Notes: generated by a model not told the origin, from the letters alone. 64,000 bases of DNA from an uncultured bacterium (GCA_949299395.1 CASGAB010000002.1:113051-177050), one strand, 5' to 3'. Positions 9,620-19,617 are shown, counted from the stretch's first letter. Program-made: numbers and translations.

Positions 9620-10462
9620 TTATCCCTTTTTCTTTTGAAAGAATTTTTTAAGTTCTTCAATTACTCCATCATGATTATTATCAAATTCAGTAATATATTT
9701 TGCGGCATATCTTATTTTTGGATTGCCATTTTTCATTAAAAATGAGTTAGGAAACATTTCTAACATTTCAATATCATTATCTGCATCTCCAAAAACTAAA
9801 ACATGATCTTTATCTATATTTAAATAGCTAGCAACATCGAGTAAGGTTTTGGCTTTTGAAACATCTTTAACATGAATTTCAGCATAAGGACAATCCCGCC
9901 AAAATCTAATTCGATATTTTTTATCTTTATCTAGTTCTCTAACTTTTTCGATTAATTTTGCTTTAGTTTCTTCACTTTCATCAATTATTTTTATAACAAA
10001 GGTAAAGGTAGGAGTATTTAAGATTTTATCAGCAGAATCTATTTTTACTTCAAGATTTCCTTTTTCAAAGAAAGCGAATAAAAATTCATCATCATTATCG
10101 CAAAAAATCGTAGTTTCATTTTCCGCTAAATATGATATAACTCCCTTATTTATTGTTTCTTTATATAAAAAAATAGAGAAATTTTCATCAATTTTATGAT
10201 GAAAAGTTTTGAAATTTTCATTTTTAGGATCAAATGATAATGCCCCATTATATGCAACAATAGGAGAAGTCAGATTTAAAAAATCGTAGTATTTTTGAAT
10301 ACTACGAGGAGCTCTACCAGAGCAAAGAACTATTAAATGACCTTCTTTTTCTAGCTGATTTAAATATTCTTTTGTTTTTAAAGAAATTTCTTTCTCATCA
10401 TTTAATAAAGTTCCATCTAAATCGAGGGCAATTAAATATTTATTATTTTCCATAAATACCAA
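9620..10462 (-). CDS. Cof-type HAD-IIB hydrolase (sugar-phosphate phosphatase-like).
   Basis: LIALDLDGTLL motif I, a C-terminal GDxxND motif, 280 aa. Confidence 0.75.
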   Translation of the reverse strand: MVFMENNKYLIALDLDGTLLNDEKEISLKTKEYLNQLEKEGHLIVLCSGRAPRSIQKYYDFLNLTSPIVAYNGALSFDPKNENFKTFHHKIDENFSIFLYKETINKGVISYLAENETTIFCDNDDEFLFAFFEKGNLEVKIDSADKILNTPTFTFVIKIIDESEETKAKLIEKVRELDKDKKYRIRFWRDCPYAEIHVKDVSKAKTLLDVASYLNIDKDHVLVFGDADNDIEMLEMFPNSFLMKNGNPKIRYAAKYITEFDNNHDGVIEELKKFFQKKKG

Positions 10463-11450
10463 CTGTTTGTTGAACTCTTTTTAAAGTTTCTTTTGCAACT
10501 TTTTTAGCTTTTTCTGCGCCTTCTTTTAAAACTTCATCAACTAAATTTGAAGCAATAATTTCGTTATATCTATCTTGAATTTTCTTAATTTCTTCGCAAA
10601 CAACAGCAGCAACTTCCTTTTTAAAATCACCGTAGCGATGGCAATCTTTAAAATGTTCGGTTGCTTCATCAATTGTAATGTCTTTTAAAGAAGCATAAAC
10701 TGTTAATAAGTTTGAGATTCCAGGTTTATTTTCTTTATCAAAATAAATATCACTACCTAAATCAGTAGTAGCTCTCATAATTTTCTTTTCGATTGATTTT
10801 AAATCTTCTAAAAGGAAAATATCGCCTTTTTCATCACTTTTTGACATTTTCTTTGTTGGATCTGATAAGGACATAATACGAGCTCCAACATGAGGAATTG
10901 TAGGTTCAGGCATAACAAAAACATCTTTTTGATAACGAGTATTAAATCTATGAACTAAGTCTCTACAAAGTTCAACGTGCTGTTTTTGATCTTCACCAAT
11001 TGGAACAACATCTGCATCATAAAGTAAAATGTCAGCACACATTAAAACTGGATAAGCAAAAAGTCCTAAACCAATAGCGTTTTGATTCATTTTTTGGCTC
11101 TTATCTTTAAATTGAGTCATTCTGGATAATTCACCCATATAAAGATAGTTTTGTAAGATTGAATTTAATTCACTATGTTCAGAAACATCGCTTTGTAAAA
11201 AGATAGTTGTTTTATTTGGATCAAGACCGCAAGCTAAATATAAAGCAACTAAATCACGAGTATTATTTCTTAAATATTCAGGATCAATTGGGAGAGTTAA
11301 AGCGTGTAAGTCTGCAACGAAAATAAAGTTATCATATTCGTTTTGAAAACTTGGGAAATTTTTTAATGCCCCAATATAATTTCCCAATGTTAATTTTCCG
11401 GTTGGTTTAACCGCACTTAAAGATCTTTTCATACTCGAAAATAATAGCAT
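10443..11450 (-). CDS. trpS: Tryptophan--tRNA ligase.
   Basis: TGKLTLGNYIGA (the HIGH-equivalent of TrpRS), KMSKS motif, ~330 aa. The start may be the internal Met at 11432. Confidence 0.85.
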   Translation of the reverse strand: MLLFSSMKRSLSAVKPTGKLTLGNYIGALKNFPSFQNEYDNFIFVADLHALTLPIDPEYLRNNTRDLVALYLACGLDPNKTTIFLQSDVSEHSELNSILQNYLYMGELSRMTQFKDKSQKMNQNAIGLGLFAYPVLMCADILLYDADVVPIGEDQKQHVELCRDLVHRFNTRYQKDVFVMPEPTIPHVGARIMSLSDPTKKMSKSDEKGDIFLLEDLKSIEKKIMRATTDLGSDIYFDKENKPGISNLLTVYASLKDITIDEATEHFKDCHRYGDFKKEVAAVVCEEIKKIQDRYNEIIASNLVDEVLKEGAEKAKKVAKETLKRVQQTVGIYGK

Positions 11451-11494
11451 TAATGATAGAAAATATCAATTTATGTTGGTATAATTTTAAGGCT

Positions 11495-12826
11495 ATGGAA
11501 ATCAAATTTTATAACTCATTATCAAATAAAATAGAGCCTTTTAAAACGATTAAAGAAAACGAAGTATCAATGTATGTTTGTGGACCAACAGTTTATAATT
11601 TTCCTCATATTGGAAATATTAGACCTGTTGTATTTTTTGATACATTAAGAAAATTTTTAGAAACAGTTGGTTATAAAGTTACGTATGTTTCAAATTTTAC
11701 CGATGTAGACGATAAAATTATTAACAAGGCTTTAGAACAAAAAATAAGTGAAAAAGAATTAACCGATTATTATATTAATGAATATTTAAAAACACTCGAT
11801 TCTTTCCATGTTAAAAGAGCTGATCACAATCCACGTGTTAGTGAATATATGGAACAAATTGTTACCTATATTGATGAATTAGTTGATAAAGGTAGCGCAT
11901 ATGTCAAAGACGGTGAAGTATTTTTTGATGTCTTAAGTGATAAAAAATATGGAGAATTATCTAAAATTTCTACTGATGATTTAGAAAGTGGCGCTAGAAT
12001 CGAAGTTAATGAAAAGAAAAAATCACCATTAGATTTCTTATTATGGAAAGATACTGATGTTGGTATTAAACGGCCTTCTCCTTGGGGTGAAGGAAGACCT
12101 GGCTGGCATACCGAATGTTGCGTCATGATTCATTCAATTTTTAATGATAAAATCGATATTCATGGTGGAGGAAGCGATTTGAAATTCCCTCATCACGAAA
12201 ATGAAATTGCTCAAAGTGAAGCTCATGATGGGAATGCTTTAGCAAATTTCTGGATTCATAATGCAATGATGAATATTAACGGTGATAAAATGTCAAAATC
12301 TTTAGGAAATGTTATTTTAGCTAAAGATGCTGTTAATGAATATGGAGCAAATTTAACAAGATTATTACTTTTAAACGCTCCTTATCGTTCAATTATTGAT
12401 TTTAGTGATGAATCTTTAAAAAATAACCAAGCAATTTTATCAAAAATTGAATTTGTTATTAAACAATCTAGCTTAACTTTAAATTTAAATAATGTTTCTT
12501 TAGAAGGCGAAGCAACAAAACTTACTCCATTTTTAGAAGCATTAAGCGATGATATGAATATTCCTAATGGAATCACATATTTGTTAGATTTAATTAAAGA
12601 ATCAAATATCGCTTTAAGAAATAAGGAAAAAGATTTAAATCTTATTGCTACAAATTTTTATACAATTAACAAAATTTTATATATTTTAGGAATTGAAGTT
12701 CCTTATAGAAAATTTAGCGAAGAAGAAGTCTCACTTTATAATGAATATTTAACTTTAAAAGCAGAGAAAAACTTCGAAAAATCTGATGTTTTAAGAGATA
12801 AACTTATTAGTTTAGGTATTTTATAG
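11495..12826 (+). CDS. cysS: Cysteine--tRNA ligase.
   Basis: HIGN and KMSKS motifs; likely start MEIKFYNSL at 11495 (the ORF track starts at 11453). Confidence 0.85.
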   Translation: MEIKFYNSLSNKIEPFKTIKENEVSMYVCGPTVYNFPHIGNIRPVVFFDTLRKFLETVGYKVTYVSNFTDVDDKIINKALEQKISEKELTDYYINEYLKTLDSFHVKRADHNPRVSEYMEQIVTYIDELVDKGSAYVKDGEVFFDVLSDKKYGELSKISTDDLESGARIEVNEKKKSPLDFLLWKDTDVGIKRPSPWGEGRPGWHTECCVMIHSIFNDKIDIHGGGSDLKFPHHENEIAQSEAHDGNALANFWIHNAMMNINGDKMSKSLGNVILAKDAVNEYGANLTRLLLLNAPYRSIIDFSDESLKNNQAILSKIEFVIKQSSLTLNLNNVSLEGEATKLTPFLEALSDDMNIPNGITYLLDLIKESNIALRNKEKDLNLIATNFYTINKILYILGIEVPYRKFSEEEVSLYNEYLTLKAEKNFEKSDVLRDKLISLGIL

Positions 12827-12879
12827 TTTTTGCTATAATATTTACAGTAATTTAATAATAGTTTTTAGAGGTGATTAGT

Positions 12880-13638
12880 ATGGTTTTTGCTAACTCTTAC
12901 ACACCACCCTTTTCTATCGACGGGTGGATAGTAGAATTTTTTGAATCCGGATTTAACGGAGCAACAGAAAAAATATTTGGTGTCTCGTTATTGATCTTTT
13001 TATCGATACTTTTCTCAATTTTATTTAGTGCATGTATTGGTTTACAAAGAGAAAAAAATGGGCATCCTGCTGGATTAAGAACCCATCTTCTTATTGGTTT
13101 AGGTTCAGCATTAATTATGATAATTTCAATTTATGCTGCTCCAGGAAATTATGAAACTCGTGATCCAATGAGACTTGCTGCAGCTGGCGTTACTGGAATT
13201 GGTTTTTTAGGAGCTGGTGCTATTATTCAAAATGGTTTTTCTGTTAGAGGATTAACAAGTGCTGCTTCAATTTGGATTACTATGGCAATAGGAATGTGCG
13301 CTGGAAGCGGTTATTTTATCATCGGAACTATTGTTACAGGATTAACACTTTTATTCTTAACGTTCTTCCACAAGCTTGAAACTAAAGCTAATTCAAGAAG
13401 CGCATTCATTGTTGTTGTTTCGAATATTGAAGATAAAACCCTCGATAAAATCATTGAAATTTGTAATCAAGATGAAATAAAAATCGGAGAATTATCAACT
13501 GAATTAATTAAATCAGGAGATAAACTTGTTAGCCGTTTAGTTTTTAAAGCTACAGGCAAAGAAAAAGAGGCAATGAATAAGCTAGTTATTAAAATAATTA
13601 GTGAAACTTCACCTCTCGAATGTAAAATATTGCACTAG
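12880..13638 (+). CDS. mgtC: MgtC/SapB family membrane protein.
   Basis: MgtC signature in the TM region (GLRTHLLIGLGSALIM). ATG at 12880 follows a gaggtg RBS; the upstream GTG at 12871 is less likely. Confidence 0.7.
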   Translation: MVFANSYTPPFSIDGWIVEFFESGFNGATEKIFGVSLLIFLSILFSILFSACIGLQREKNGHPAGLRTHLLIGLGSALIMIISIYAAPGNYETRDPMRLAAAGVTGIGFLGAGAIIQNGFSVRGLTSAASIWITMAIGMCAGSGYFIIGTIVTGLTLLFLTFFHKLETKANSRSAFIVVVSNIEDKTLDKIIEICNQDEIKIGELSTELIKSGDKLVSRLVFKATGKEKEAMNKLVIKIISETSPLECKILH

Positions 13639-13653
13639 CTGCAATATTTTTTT
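13627..13653 (+). terminator. Rho-independent terminator (ATATTGCA-ctagc-TGCAATAT + T6) overlapping the mgtC stop.
   Basis: Seen in sequence. Confidence 0.55.
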
Positions 13654-13760
13654 ACAATATATTTTGTAAATTTTAATAAAAATAATATATTTTTAGTAAA
13701 ATTCTAAAGGTATAAAAATGATAAATGTTAGAGCTTTTTATCATTTAAAAGGGAGTTTCT

Positions 13761-14474
13761 ATGGATATAATTTATGGCACTAATTCTGTTATGCTCGCTT
13801 TAGATGCAAATCGAGTAAAAAAACTAATAATCTCAAGTGATTATTCGAATGACAAATTATTAAAGCTAGCAAAAGAGAAAAAAGTTGAGGTTTCCAAATT
13901 ATCGAAAAAAGAGCTCGACTCTTTATCTAAAGGAAAAAATTCTCAAGGAATCGTTGCTTATATTATTCCTTATAAGACTTATACTTTAGAAGAAATTTTA
14001 AAGACTCCAACTGATAGTACAGAACATAGGATCGTAGCAATTTTAGATGAATTGACCGATCCAAACAATTTAGGAGCGATTATTAGAAGCGCCGAAATAT
14101 TTTGCGTAGATTCGATTATTTATAAGAAAAATAATTCTGTATCACTATCTCCATTGGTCGCAAAAATAGCTTCTGGAGCATTAAATTATATTAGATGCTG
14201 CGAAGTTACTAATCTTTCTAGAACTATCGAGACGTTAAAAGATAATAAATTCTGGGTATATGGATTAGATGGGAATGCAAAAATAACCATTGACCAAATT
14301 GATAAAAGTACGAATATTTGCATCGTTATTGGCTCAGAAGGTAAAGGTATTTCTAGATTGGTTAAGGAAAATTGCGATGAATTAGTCAAGATTCCTCAAC
14401 TTGGCCACACCCCTTGCCTAAATGCATCTAATGCAGCAGCAATAGCATTTTATGAATTAAGAAGAAAACAATAG
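13761..14474 (+). CDS. rlmB: 23S rRNA (Gm2251) 2'-O-methyltransferase, SpoU/TrmH family (RlmB/YacO-like).
   Basis: SpoU-type motifs (ILDELTDPNNLGAIIRSA, IVIGSEGKGIS); conserved position after cysS. Confidence 0.75.
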   Translation: MDIIYGTNSVMLALDANRVKKLIISSDYSNDKLLKLAKEKKVEVSKLSKKELDSLSKGKNSQGIVAYIIPYKTYTLEEILKTPTDSTEHRIVAILDELTDPNNLGAIIRSAEIFCVDSIIYKKNNSVSLSPLVAKIASGALNYIRCCEVTNLSRTIETLKDNKFWVYGLDGNAKITIDQIDKSTNICIVIGSEGKGISRLVKENCDELVKIPQLGHTPCLNASNAAAIAFYELRRKQ

Positions 14475-14499
14475 TCCTCCATCTAGCGAGGACTTTTAT

Positions 14500-15093
14500 A
14501 TGAAAGATACAGTTTATATTCAAGCTAAACTTGGAGATTCTCATTCACAAAAATTATTATTTGATCATTTTGTGAATATTTCTAAACCAATCACTTACAA
14601 ACATTCAAAAAGTAATAAAAACACTGGAGGAATACCTCCGATTGATTTAGAAACATTAATTATCGAAGCTTACGAAACTATTTTGTTTAGCAGTGAAATT
14701 CACTATAAAGCTGATGAATTCTTTAAATATCTTTATATTCAAAGAATCAAAGATTATTTTAGAAAGAAGCTTAGAAAAGAAGAACTTCTAAAAAAATATG
14801 CTGAAGATAATTATTTCGAGAAAACTGAAGTAATCAATAACACCACAATTTATGAACAAAATTATTCAAATGGTCATGAGCTTATTGATGTAATTTTAGA
14901 TGATAAGAAAGCAGGCTTAACTGAGTTAGAAAAAAGAATACTTTCAATGTTTTTAAAATCCTTCACAGTTGAAGAAATTTCTTCGATTTTATCTATCTGT
15001 TATTCTCAAGTTTTCCGTAAACTAAGAAACGCTCAAAAAAAGTGCAAAAATTATATCGAAAAATATTTGCCTGATTTACCACCAAATAAGTGA
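14500..15093 (+). CDS. sigH: Sigma-70-family sigma factor, SigH-like.
   Basis: Sits in the sigH slot (rlmB, x, rpmG, secE, nusG). Alignable by eye to B. subtilis SigH region 2 (LGDS...) and the region 4 HTH (LTELEKRILSMFL...EEISSIL...VFRKLRNAQKK). Confidence 0.55.
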   Translation: MKDTVYIQAKLGDSHSQKLLFDHFVNISKPITYKHSKSNKNTGGIPPIDLETLIIEAYETILFSSEIHYKADEFFKYLYIQRIKDYFRKKLRKEELLKKYAEDNYFEKTEVINNTTIYEQNYSNGHELIDVILDDKKAGLTELEKRILSMFLKSFTVEEISSILSICYSQVFRKLRNAQKKCKNYIEKYLPDLPPNK

Positions 15094-15100
15094 AAAACAT

Positions 15101-15129
15101 TTGACAATAGCCGTTTGTTTCTCTATATT
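15101..15129 (+). promoter_or_regulatory. Sigma-A-type promoter (TTGACA, 17 bp, TATATT) ahead of rpmG-secE-nusG.
   Basis: Seen in sequence. Confidence 0.45.
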
Positions 15130-15163
15130 TTTTATAGTTTGTATGTTATAAATAATAATTGTT

Positions 15164-15313
15164 ATGAGAAAAAAAGTTATTTTAATATGCAGCGAATGTT
15201 TAGCTAGAAATTATACTACAACAAAAAAAGAAGAAGATCGTGATACTCGTATTGAGTTAAAAAAGTTCTGTCCTCGTTGTAATAAGTACACCATTCACAA
15301 AGAATCAAAATAG
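15164..15313 (+). CDS. rpmG: 50S ribosomal protein L33 (49 aa; too short for the ORF track).
   Basis: Hand translation gives [49 protein letters not shown]. It has a C4 zinc ribbon and sits in the conserved slot before secE. Confidence 0.85.
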   Translation: MRKKVILICSECLARNYTTTKKEEDRDTRIELKKFCPRCNKYTIHKESK

Positions 15314-15342
15314 TTAAACAGCTTAAGAAAGGGAAAAAGATT

Positions 15343-15540
15343 ATGAAAAGTATCTTAAGATATTTCAAAGGTGTTGGTAGAGAAGTTAAAAGAATCAAAT
15401 GGCCTACTAGAGAAACATTCATCCCATCGATGATTGTTGTTATTTGTATTGCTCTTTTTGCAGGAATTTTCCTTTCATTAGAAGATTTAGCTGCAGCAAC
15501 AATTCTTGAACAACTCAGAAATGCATTTGCAAACATGTAA
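15343..15540 (+). CDS. secE: Preprotein translocase subunit SecE.
   Basis: 65 aa, single TM, KWPTR motif, gggaaaaag RBS. Confidence 0.85.
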   Translation: MKSILRYFKGVGREVKRIKWPTRETFIPSMIVVICIALFAGIFLSLEDLAAATILEQLRNAFANM

Positions 15541-15561
15541 TTAATTTGAGAGGGGAGAATT

Positions 15562-16158
15562 ATGAGTGAAGAAAAATTAGCTGAAAAGCAATGGTATGCT
15601 GTAACAACATTCATTGGTCACGAAAATAAAGCTGCTGAAAATATTAAGACTAGAATCGAAACTTATGGTCTTTCTGATTATATTTTTAGAGTTATCGTTG
15701 CTGAAGAAAAAGTTGCTTCCATTAATAAAAATGGCGATCCTGTTATGAGAAGAAATAAAGAAACAGGAGAAATGGAACAAAAATATAAAATTTTAAACCT
15801 TTATCCAGGATATGTTTTCGTTGAAATGATTATGACTGATTCTGTTTGGTATGTCGTTAGAAATACCCCTGAAGTTACTGGTATTACAGGATCAAGTGGT
15901 GGTGGTCAAAAACCTACCCCAATTACTTCTAGAGAAATTGAAGCTGTCTTAAAAAGAATGGGTATGGTCGATTCATCAATGTATGATAACTATCATGTTG
16001 GTGATATTGTCAAAATTATTCATGGCACATTTGATGGTGTTGAAGGAACAATTATCTCGATTGATAAGGAGGCTGGAACTGTCAAAGTTGATACAATCTT
16101 CTTTGGTAGACATACTCCAGTTGATGTTGATTTCTCTGAAATTGTTCACATTTCTTAG
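15562..16158 (+). CDS. nusG: Transcription termination/antitermination factor NusG.
   Basis: WYAV N-terminal NGN domain and a C-terminal KOW motif (VGDIVKIIHGTFDGVEGTI); gagggga RBS. Confidence 0.9.
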   Translation: MSEEKLAEKQWYAVTTFIGHENKAAENIKTRIETYGLSDYIFRVIVAEEKVASINKNGDPVMRRNKETGEMEQKYKILNLYPGYVFVEMIMTDSVWYVVRNTPEVTGITGSSGGGQKPTPITSREIEAVLKRMGMVDSSMYDNYHVGDIVKIIHGTFDGVEGTIISIDKEAGTVKVDTIFFGRHTPVDVDFSEIVHIS

Positions 16159-16171
16159 TTTTAAAGAAAAA

Positions 16172-16210
16172 CAAGTTCCTCATTACGGCGGGGAACTTTT
16201 ATTTTTTTAG
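16172..16210 (+). terminator. Rho-independent terminator after nusG (AAGTTCC-N11-GGGAACTT + T-run).
   Basis: Seen in sequence. Confidence 0.6.
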
Positions 16211-16423
16211 AAAATATTTATATATTTTGGTACATTGAAATTCAAAGTTGTTAAATAATTAAATTTCCGATGAATTTCCTATAAACGCATAATTTTTGAA
16301 ATTCGAAAAGGCTATATTTTGCTTTAATGATGCTTTCATCATTAAATAATGGTAAAATTTTTGCATAAGAAAATGGATATTGTTTAGGTAAGAAAAACAA
16401 TATGGTTAATTTAGGTATTGAAT

Positions 16424-17664
16424 GTGATCCACAATCTTTTGCTATAAAGTAGGTGTCGGCCTACTTTTTATTTTTCTAAAATGGATGCGTTTAGAACCAA
16501 TTTATCAGGTTCTATTTGTTGCAAATGTAACTCCTTTAAAACTGTTTTCCCATAAACATGTAAAAGCAATTCAAATGGAGTAAAATCATTTATTGAATTT
16601 TTATTAATTGAATTAATTGCATTTGTTATAGAAATGGCATCTGAATCACATAATCTATCCATTGATACACCTTTAGGTATAATGTACCTAATTAATCGAT
16701 GATTATTTTCCGCCAAACCTTTATCTCCTGATCTATAAGGTCTCGCGTAGAAAACCCTTCCTCTTTGGCGTCCGTTTTCATTAAATTCCATCAAATAGAG
16801 CTGTTCAAATTCGACACCATTGTCACAAATTATTACTCCGAATATTTTGTAATATAGATCGTCACCAAGTCTGTTTCTTATCTCTAAAAGTTTTTCATTA
16901 ACAGCTTGAGCAGTGCAAGATTCAAGCAAGAATACAAATTGAAATTTAATCTTTGTTACGCAAAGGCTTTAAAGACATTTTTTATCGCCTTTTTTTCCAT
17001 GTATAGTATCAATTTCGACAACAATTTTATCTTTATTTTCTTCGATATATTTTAAGAAATCCTCATATTGTCGATGATTTTTGTAATCTTTTGGAATTGA
17101 TACAGACTTTTTATATAGCTTTCTAGCCTTTCTTTTAACACTTTGTTTTAAATCGATAGGTTTAACTTTTAATTTAAGTTCTGAAATTAAATTGTAAATT
17201 TGTCTTTCCGAATAAATACACTGTGGATGATTAACTCGATAATTATGAACAGTGTTTGAATTTAAAACCACCCACTTAAATAAGTCTTCATTAAAAGCAT
17301 CAAATTCATCTTTCTTTCTGTGAATTACTTTTCTCGATTCCGAAATATGTTTTTGTGAATATATTTCTGCTTTTCTAGCACTATATTTGACTTTTCTTTT
17401 GTGACAAACAAAATCATGTTTACAACCATTACAAACAAATGGAAATTTCAAAAGCCTTTCACAATAACCTTTATCAAAGTCATTGTCACTTCTAACTCCC
17501 CAAGAATGATTAATTATTTCTCTGATTAATGTTGTTCTTGGTATACCAGTAAATTCGGTTGCTTCTCGACATGAAATTTTATCTTGAGTTAAACAAGATT
17601 CTATTAAAATTCTTTTGCTATAATCCATAATTCCTCCTTTTGACGCAAAAGAATGTAGATCACA
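16424..17664 (-). mobile_element. IS30-family insertion sequence (~1.24 kb) with ~20-bp imperfect terminal inverted repeats (TGTGATCCACAATCTTTTGC / TGTGATCTACATTCTTTTGC).
   Basis: The IRs at 16424-16443 and 17645-17664 match 18 of 20. The transposase ORFs lie between them. Confidence 0.8.
16468..17628 (-). pseudogene. IS30-family DDE transposase interrupted by one in-frame TAA (16969-16971). The N-terminal HTH part is 16969..17628 and the DDE part is 16468..16968.
   Basis: The two ORFs are in the same frame (699 nt apart). The read-through sequence GDKKCL*SLCVTK matches the IS30 GxxxxKxLLTLVERKT block, so TTA to TAA. The C-terminal part has ICDNGVEF and ENNHRLIRYIIPKG, the IS30 hallmarks. 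Confidence 0.8.
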
Positions 17665-17763
17665 AGTATATTTTAAACGAAATTCGAATCGGATATTATT
17701 TTTATATTTTCGCTCATAATGTTTTTCAATTAATAATATTTATATATTTTTATAAAAATATAT

Positions 17764-17791
17764 TGCCACTTAGAGATATTTAAGGTATATT
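17764..17791 (+). promoter_or_regulatory. Putative sigma-A promoter (TTGCCA, 16 bp, TATATT) for rplK-rplA, followed by a ~90-nt leader.
   Basis: Seen in sequence. Confidence 0.4.
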
Positions 17792-17882
17792 TATTAAGCA
17801 CAACTTTGCTGTGTGCAAATTTTTTGTAGGAGAAGAGCGATTCTTCGCACTACAGTATCTATGTTTAAAGGAGAATTTAACA

Positions 17883-18296
17883 ATGGGTAAAAAAATCGCA
17901 AAGGTTGTTAAAATGGAACTTCCTGGCGGGGATGCAAAACCAGGACCAAAATTAGCATCAGCTGGCGTTGTTATGCCAAAATTCTGTACAGAATTTAATG
18001 CTAAAACAGCCGATAGAAGAGGTGAAGTCGTTCCTGTTATTATTACAGCTTATGAAGACAAAACCTTCGATATGGAAATTAAAACTTCCCCAGTTACAGG
18101 TCTTTTATTAAAGGCTGCAGGTGTTCAAAAAGGTAGTGCTAATGCAAAAACCACAATTGTTGGTCAAGTTACAAAAGCACAAATTAAAGAAATCGCAGAA
18201 TATAAAATGCCTGATTTAAATGCAAACGATATCGACGCTGCATGTAGAATCGTTGAAGGTAGTGCTCGTAATATGGGCATTAAGGTCGTTGATTAA
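17883..18296 (+). CDS. rplK: 50S ribosomal protein L11.
   Basis: Start at MGKKIAKVVKMELPGG after an aaaggag RBS; the ORF-track start at 17811 is an upstream extension. Confidence 0.9.
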   Translation: MGKKIAKVVKMELPGGDAKPGPKLASAGVVMPKFCTEFNAKTADRRGEVVPVIITAYEDKTFDMEIKTSPVTGLLLKAAGVQKGSANAKTTIVGQVTKAQIKEIAEYKMPDLNANDIDAACRIVEGSARNMGIKVVD

Positions 18297-18316
18297 TTTT
18301 GAAGGAGTAGATAAAG

Positions 18317-18997
18317 ATGAAACACAGTAAGAAATATCAAGCTGCTTTAAAATTAGTTGATAAGACAAAATCTTATACAGTTAAAGAAGCAGTCGAAGTT
18401 ATCGGAAAAACATCAACTACAAAGTTTGATGCATCAGTTGGAATTTCATTCAACTTAAATATCAATACAAAATCTGCTGATCAACAAATCAGAGGTACAG
18501 TTATTCTTCCAGCAGGTACAGGTAAAAACGTTAGAGTTTGTGCTATTACTTCAAAAGCTGATGAAGCTAAAGCTGCAGGTGCAGATTTTGCAGGTGGTAA
18601 AGAATTATTAGAAAAAATTTCTAATGAAAAATGGTTTGACTTTGATGTCATGTGTGCAACTCCAGAAATGATGGGTGAAATCGGTAAATTAGGCCGTGTC
18701 TTAGGTCCTAAAGGATTAATGCCAAACCCAAAAACTGGTACAGTTGGTCCAGACATTACAAAAATGGTCACTGAACTTAAAGCTGGTAAAGTTGAATACC
18801 GTGCTGATAAAGACGGTAACGTTAACTTAGCAGTTGGTAAATGTTCATTCGAACCAGCAAAACTTGAAGAAAACGTTAACGCTGTTGTTAACCAAATTTT
18901 AAAAGTTAGACCAGCAAGTGTTAAAGGTGTTTATGTTAAATCATGCCACCTCGTCACAACAATGGGTCCATCAATTAAATTAGCAATTGGTGACTAA
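18317..18997 (+). CDS. rplA: 50S ribosomal protein L1.
   Basis: 226 aa with L1 motifs; gaaggag RBS. Confidence 0.9.
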   Translation: MKHSKKYQAALKLVDKTKSYTVKEAVEVIGKTSTTKFDASVGISFNLNINTKSADQQIRGTVILPAGTGKNVRVCAITSKADEAKAAGADFAGGKELLEKISNEKWFDFDVMCATPEMMGEIGKLGRVLGPKGLMPNPKTGTVGPDITKMVTELKAGKVEYRADKDGNVNLAVGKCSFEPAKLEENVNAVVNQILKVRPASVKGVYVKSCHLVTTMGPSIKLAIGD

Positions 18998-18999
18998 TT

Positions 19000-19131
19000 A
19001 AATTTGTTTTGAAGGATAAATATACCAAAGACAGTAACGGGCTAGTCCTTAATAATGTTACCGAGGTTAATTAATATAAATAAATATATCAACCTTATGT
19101 ATATATATCCTCAATATATAGGAGGTAAAAG
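19000..19131 (+). promoter_or_regulatory. Possible L10-leader-type autoregulatory mRNA leader ahead of rplJ-rplL.
   Basis: 132-nt leader with hairpin GTAAC-N18-GTTAC. Its position matches the Firmicute L10 leader, but the consensus was not verified. Confidence 0.3.
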
Positions 19132-19617
19132 ATGAATCAAGACGTCTTAAAGGAAAAAGAAGGTGTCGTTGGTGAAGTTAAAGACCTTGTTAATGAAAAT
19201 GGTAACTTTGTTATCTGCGAATACCGTGGATTAACAGTTGCTGAAATTTCTACATTAAGAAGAGAGTTAACTAAACATGAAGCAAAAGCTAATGTTTACA
19301 AAAATTCATTAGTTTCAAGAGCTTTAAAAGATGATTATGAAGATCTTGAAAATTATTTAACAGGACCAAATATTTACATTTTCTTAAAAGATCCAACTAA
19401 CGGTTCTTTAAAAGCAATCTCAAAATTTGCTAGAAGAAACGACAATTTCGTCATCAAAGGTGGCGTTATCGATGGAAATGTCAAAGATGCAGCTTACATT
19501 AAAACTCTCGCATCATTACCATCAAAAGAAGGACTTGTTTCTATGTTATTAAGCGTATTACAAGCTCCAATGAGAAACTTAGCTTACAGCTTATCTCAAG
19601 TAAGCGAAAAGAAGTAA
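19132..19617 (+). CDS. rplJ: 50S ribosomal protein L10.
   Basis: 161 aa; taggagg RBS. Confidence 0.9.
   Translation: MNQDVLKEKEGVVGEVKDLVNENGNFVICEYRGLTVAEISTLRRELTKHEAKANVYKNSLVSRALKDDYEDLENYLTGPNIYIFLKDPTNGSLKAISKFARRNDNFVIKGGVIDGNVKDAAYIKTLASLPSKEGLVSMLLSVLQAPMRNLAYSLSQVSEKK

Noticed and set aside
11433-11494. T-box leaders upstream of trpS or cysS
   Set aside because: The intergenic region is about 60 bp at most, too short for a T-box (~250 nt), and no T-box consensus AANNNGGGTGGNACCGCG is present.
12871-12879. GTG start for the mgtC-family gene (ORF-track start)
   Set aside because: An ATG 9 nt downstream has ideal spacing to a GAGGTG RBS, and the GTG lies inside the RBS itself.
15216-15614. 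132-aa minus-strand ORF
   Set aside because: It lies entirely antisense to rpmG, secE and the nusG start, has no homologue-like features, and is an AT-rich artefact.
16468-17628. Programmed -1/+1 frameshift producing the IS30 transposase
   Set aside because: The two parts are in the same frame, separated by a single in-frame TAA, so this is a nonsense codon (TTA to TAA), not a frameshift.
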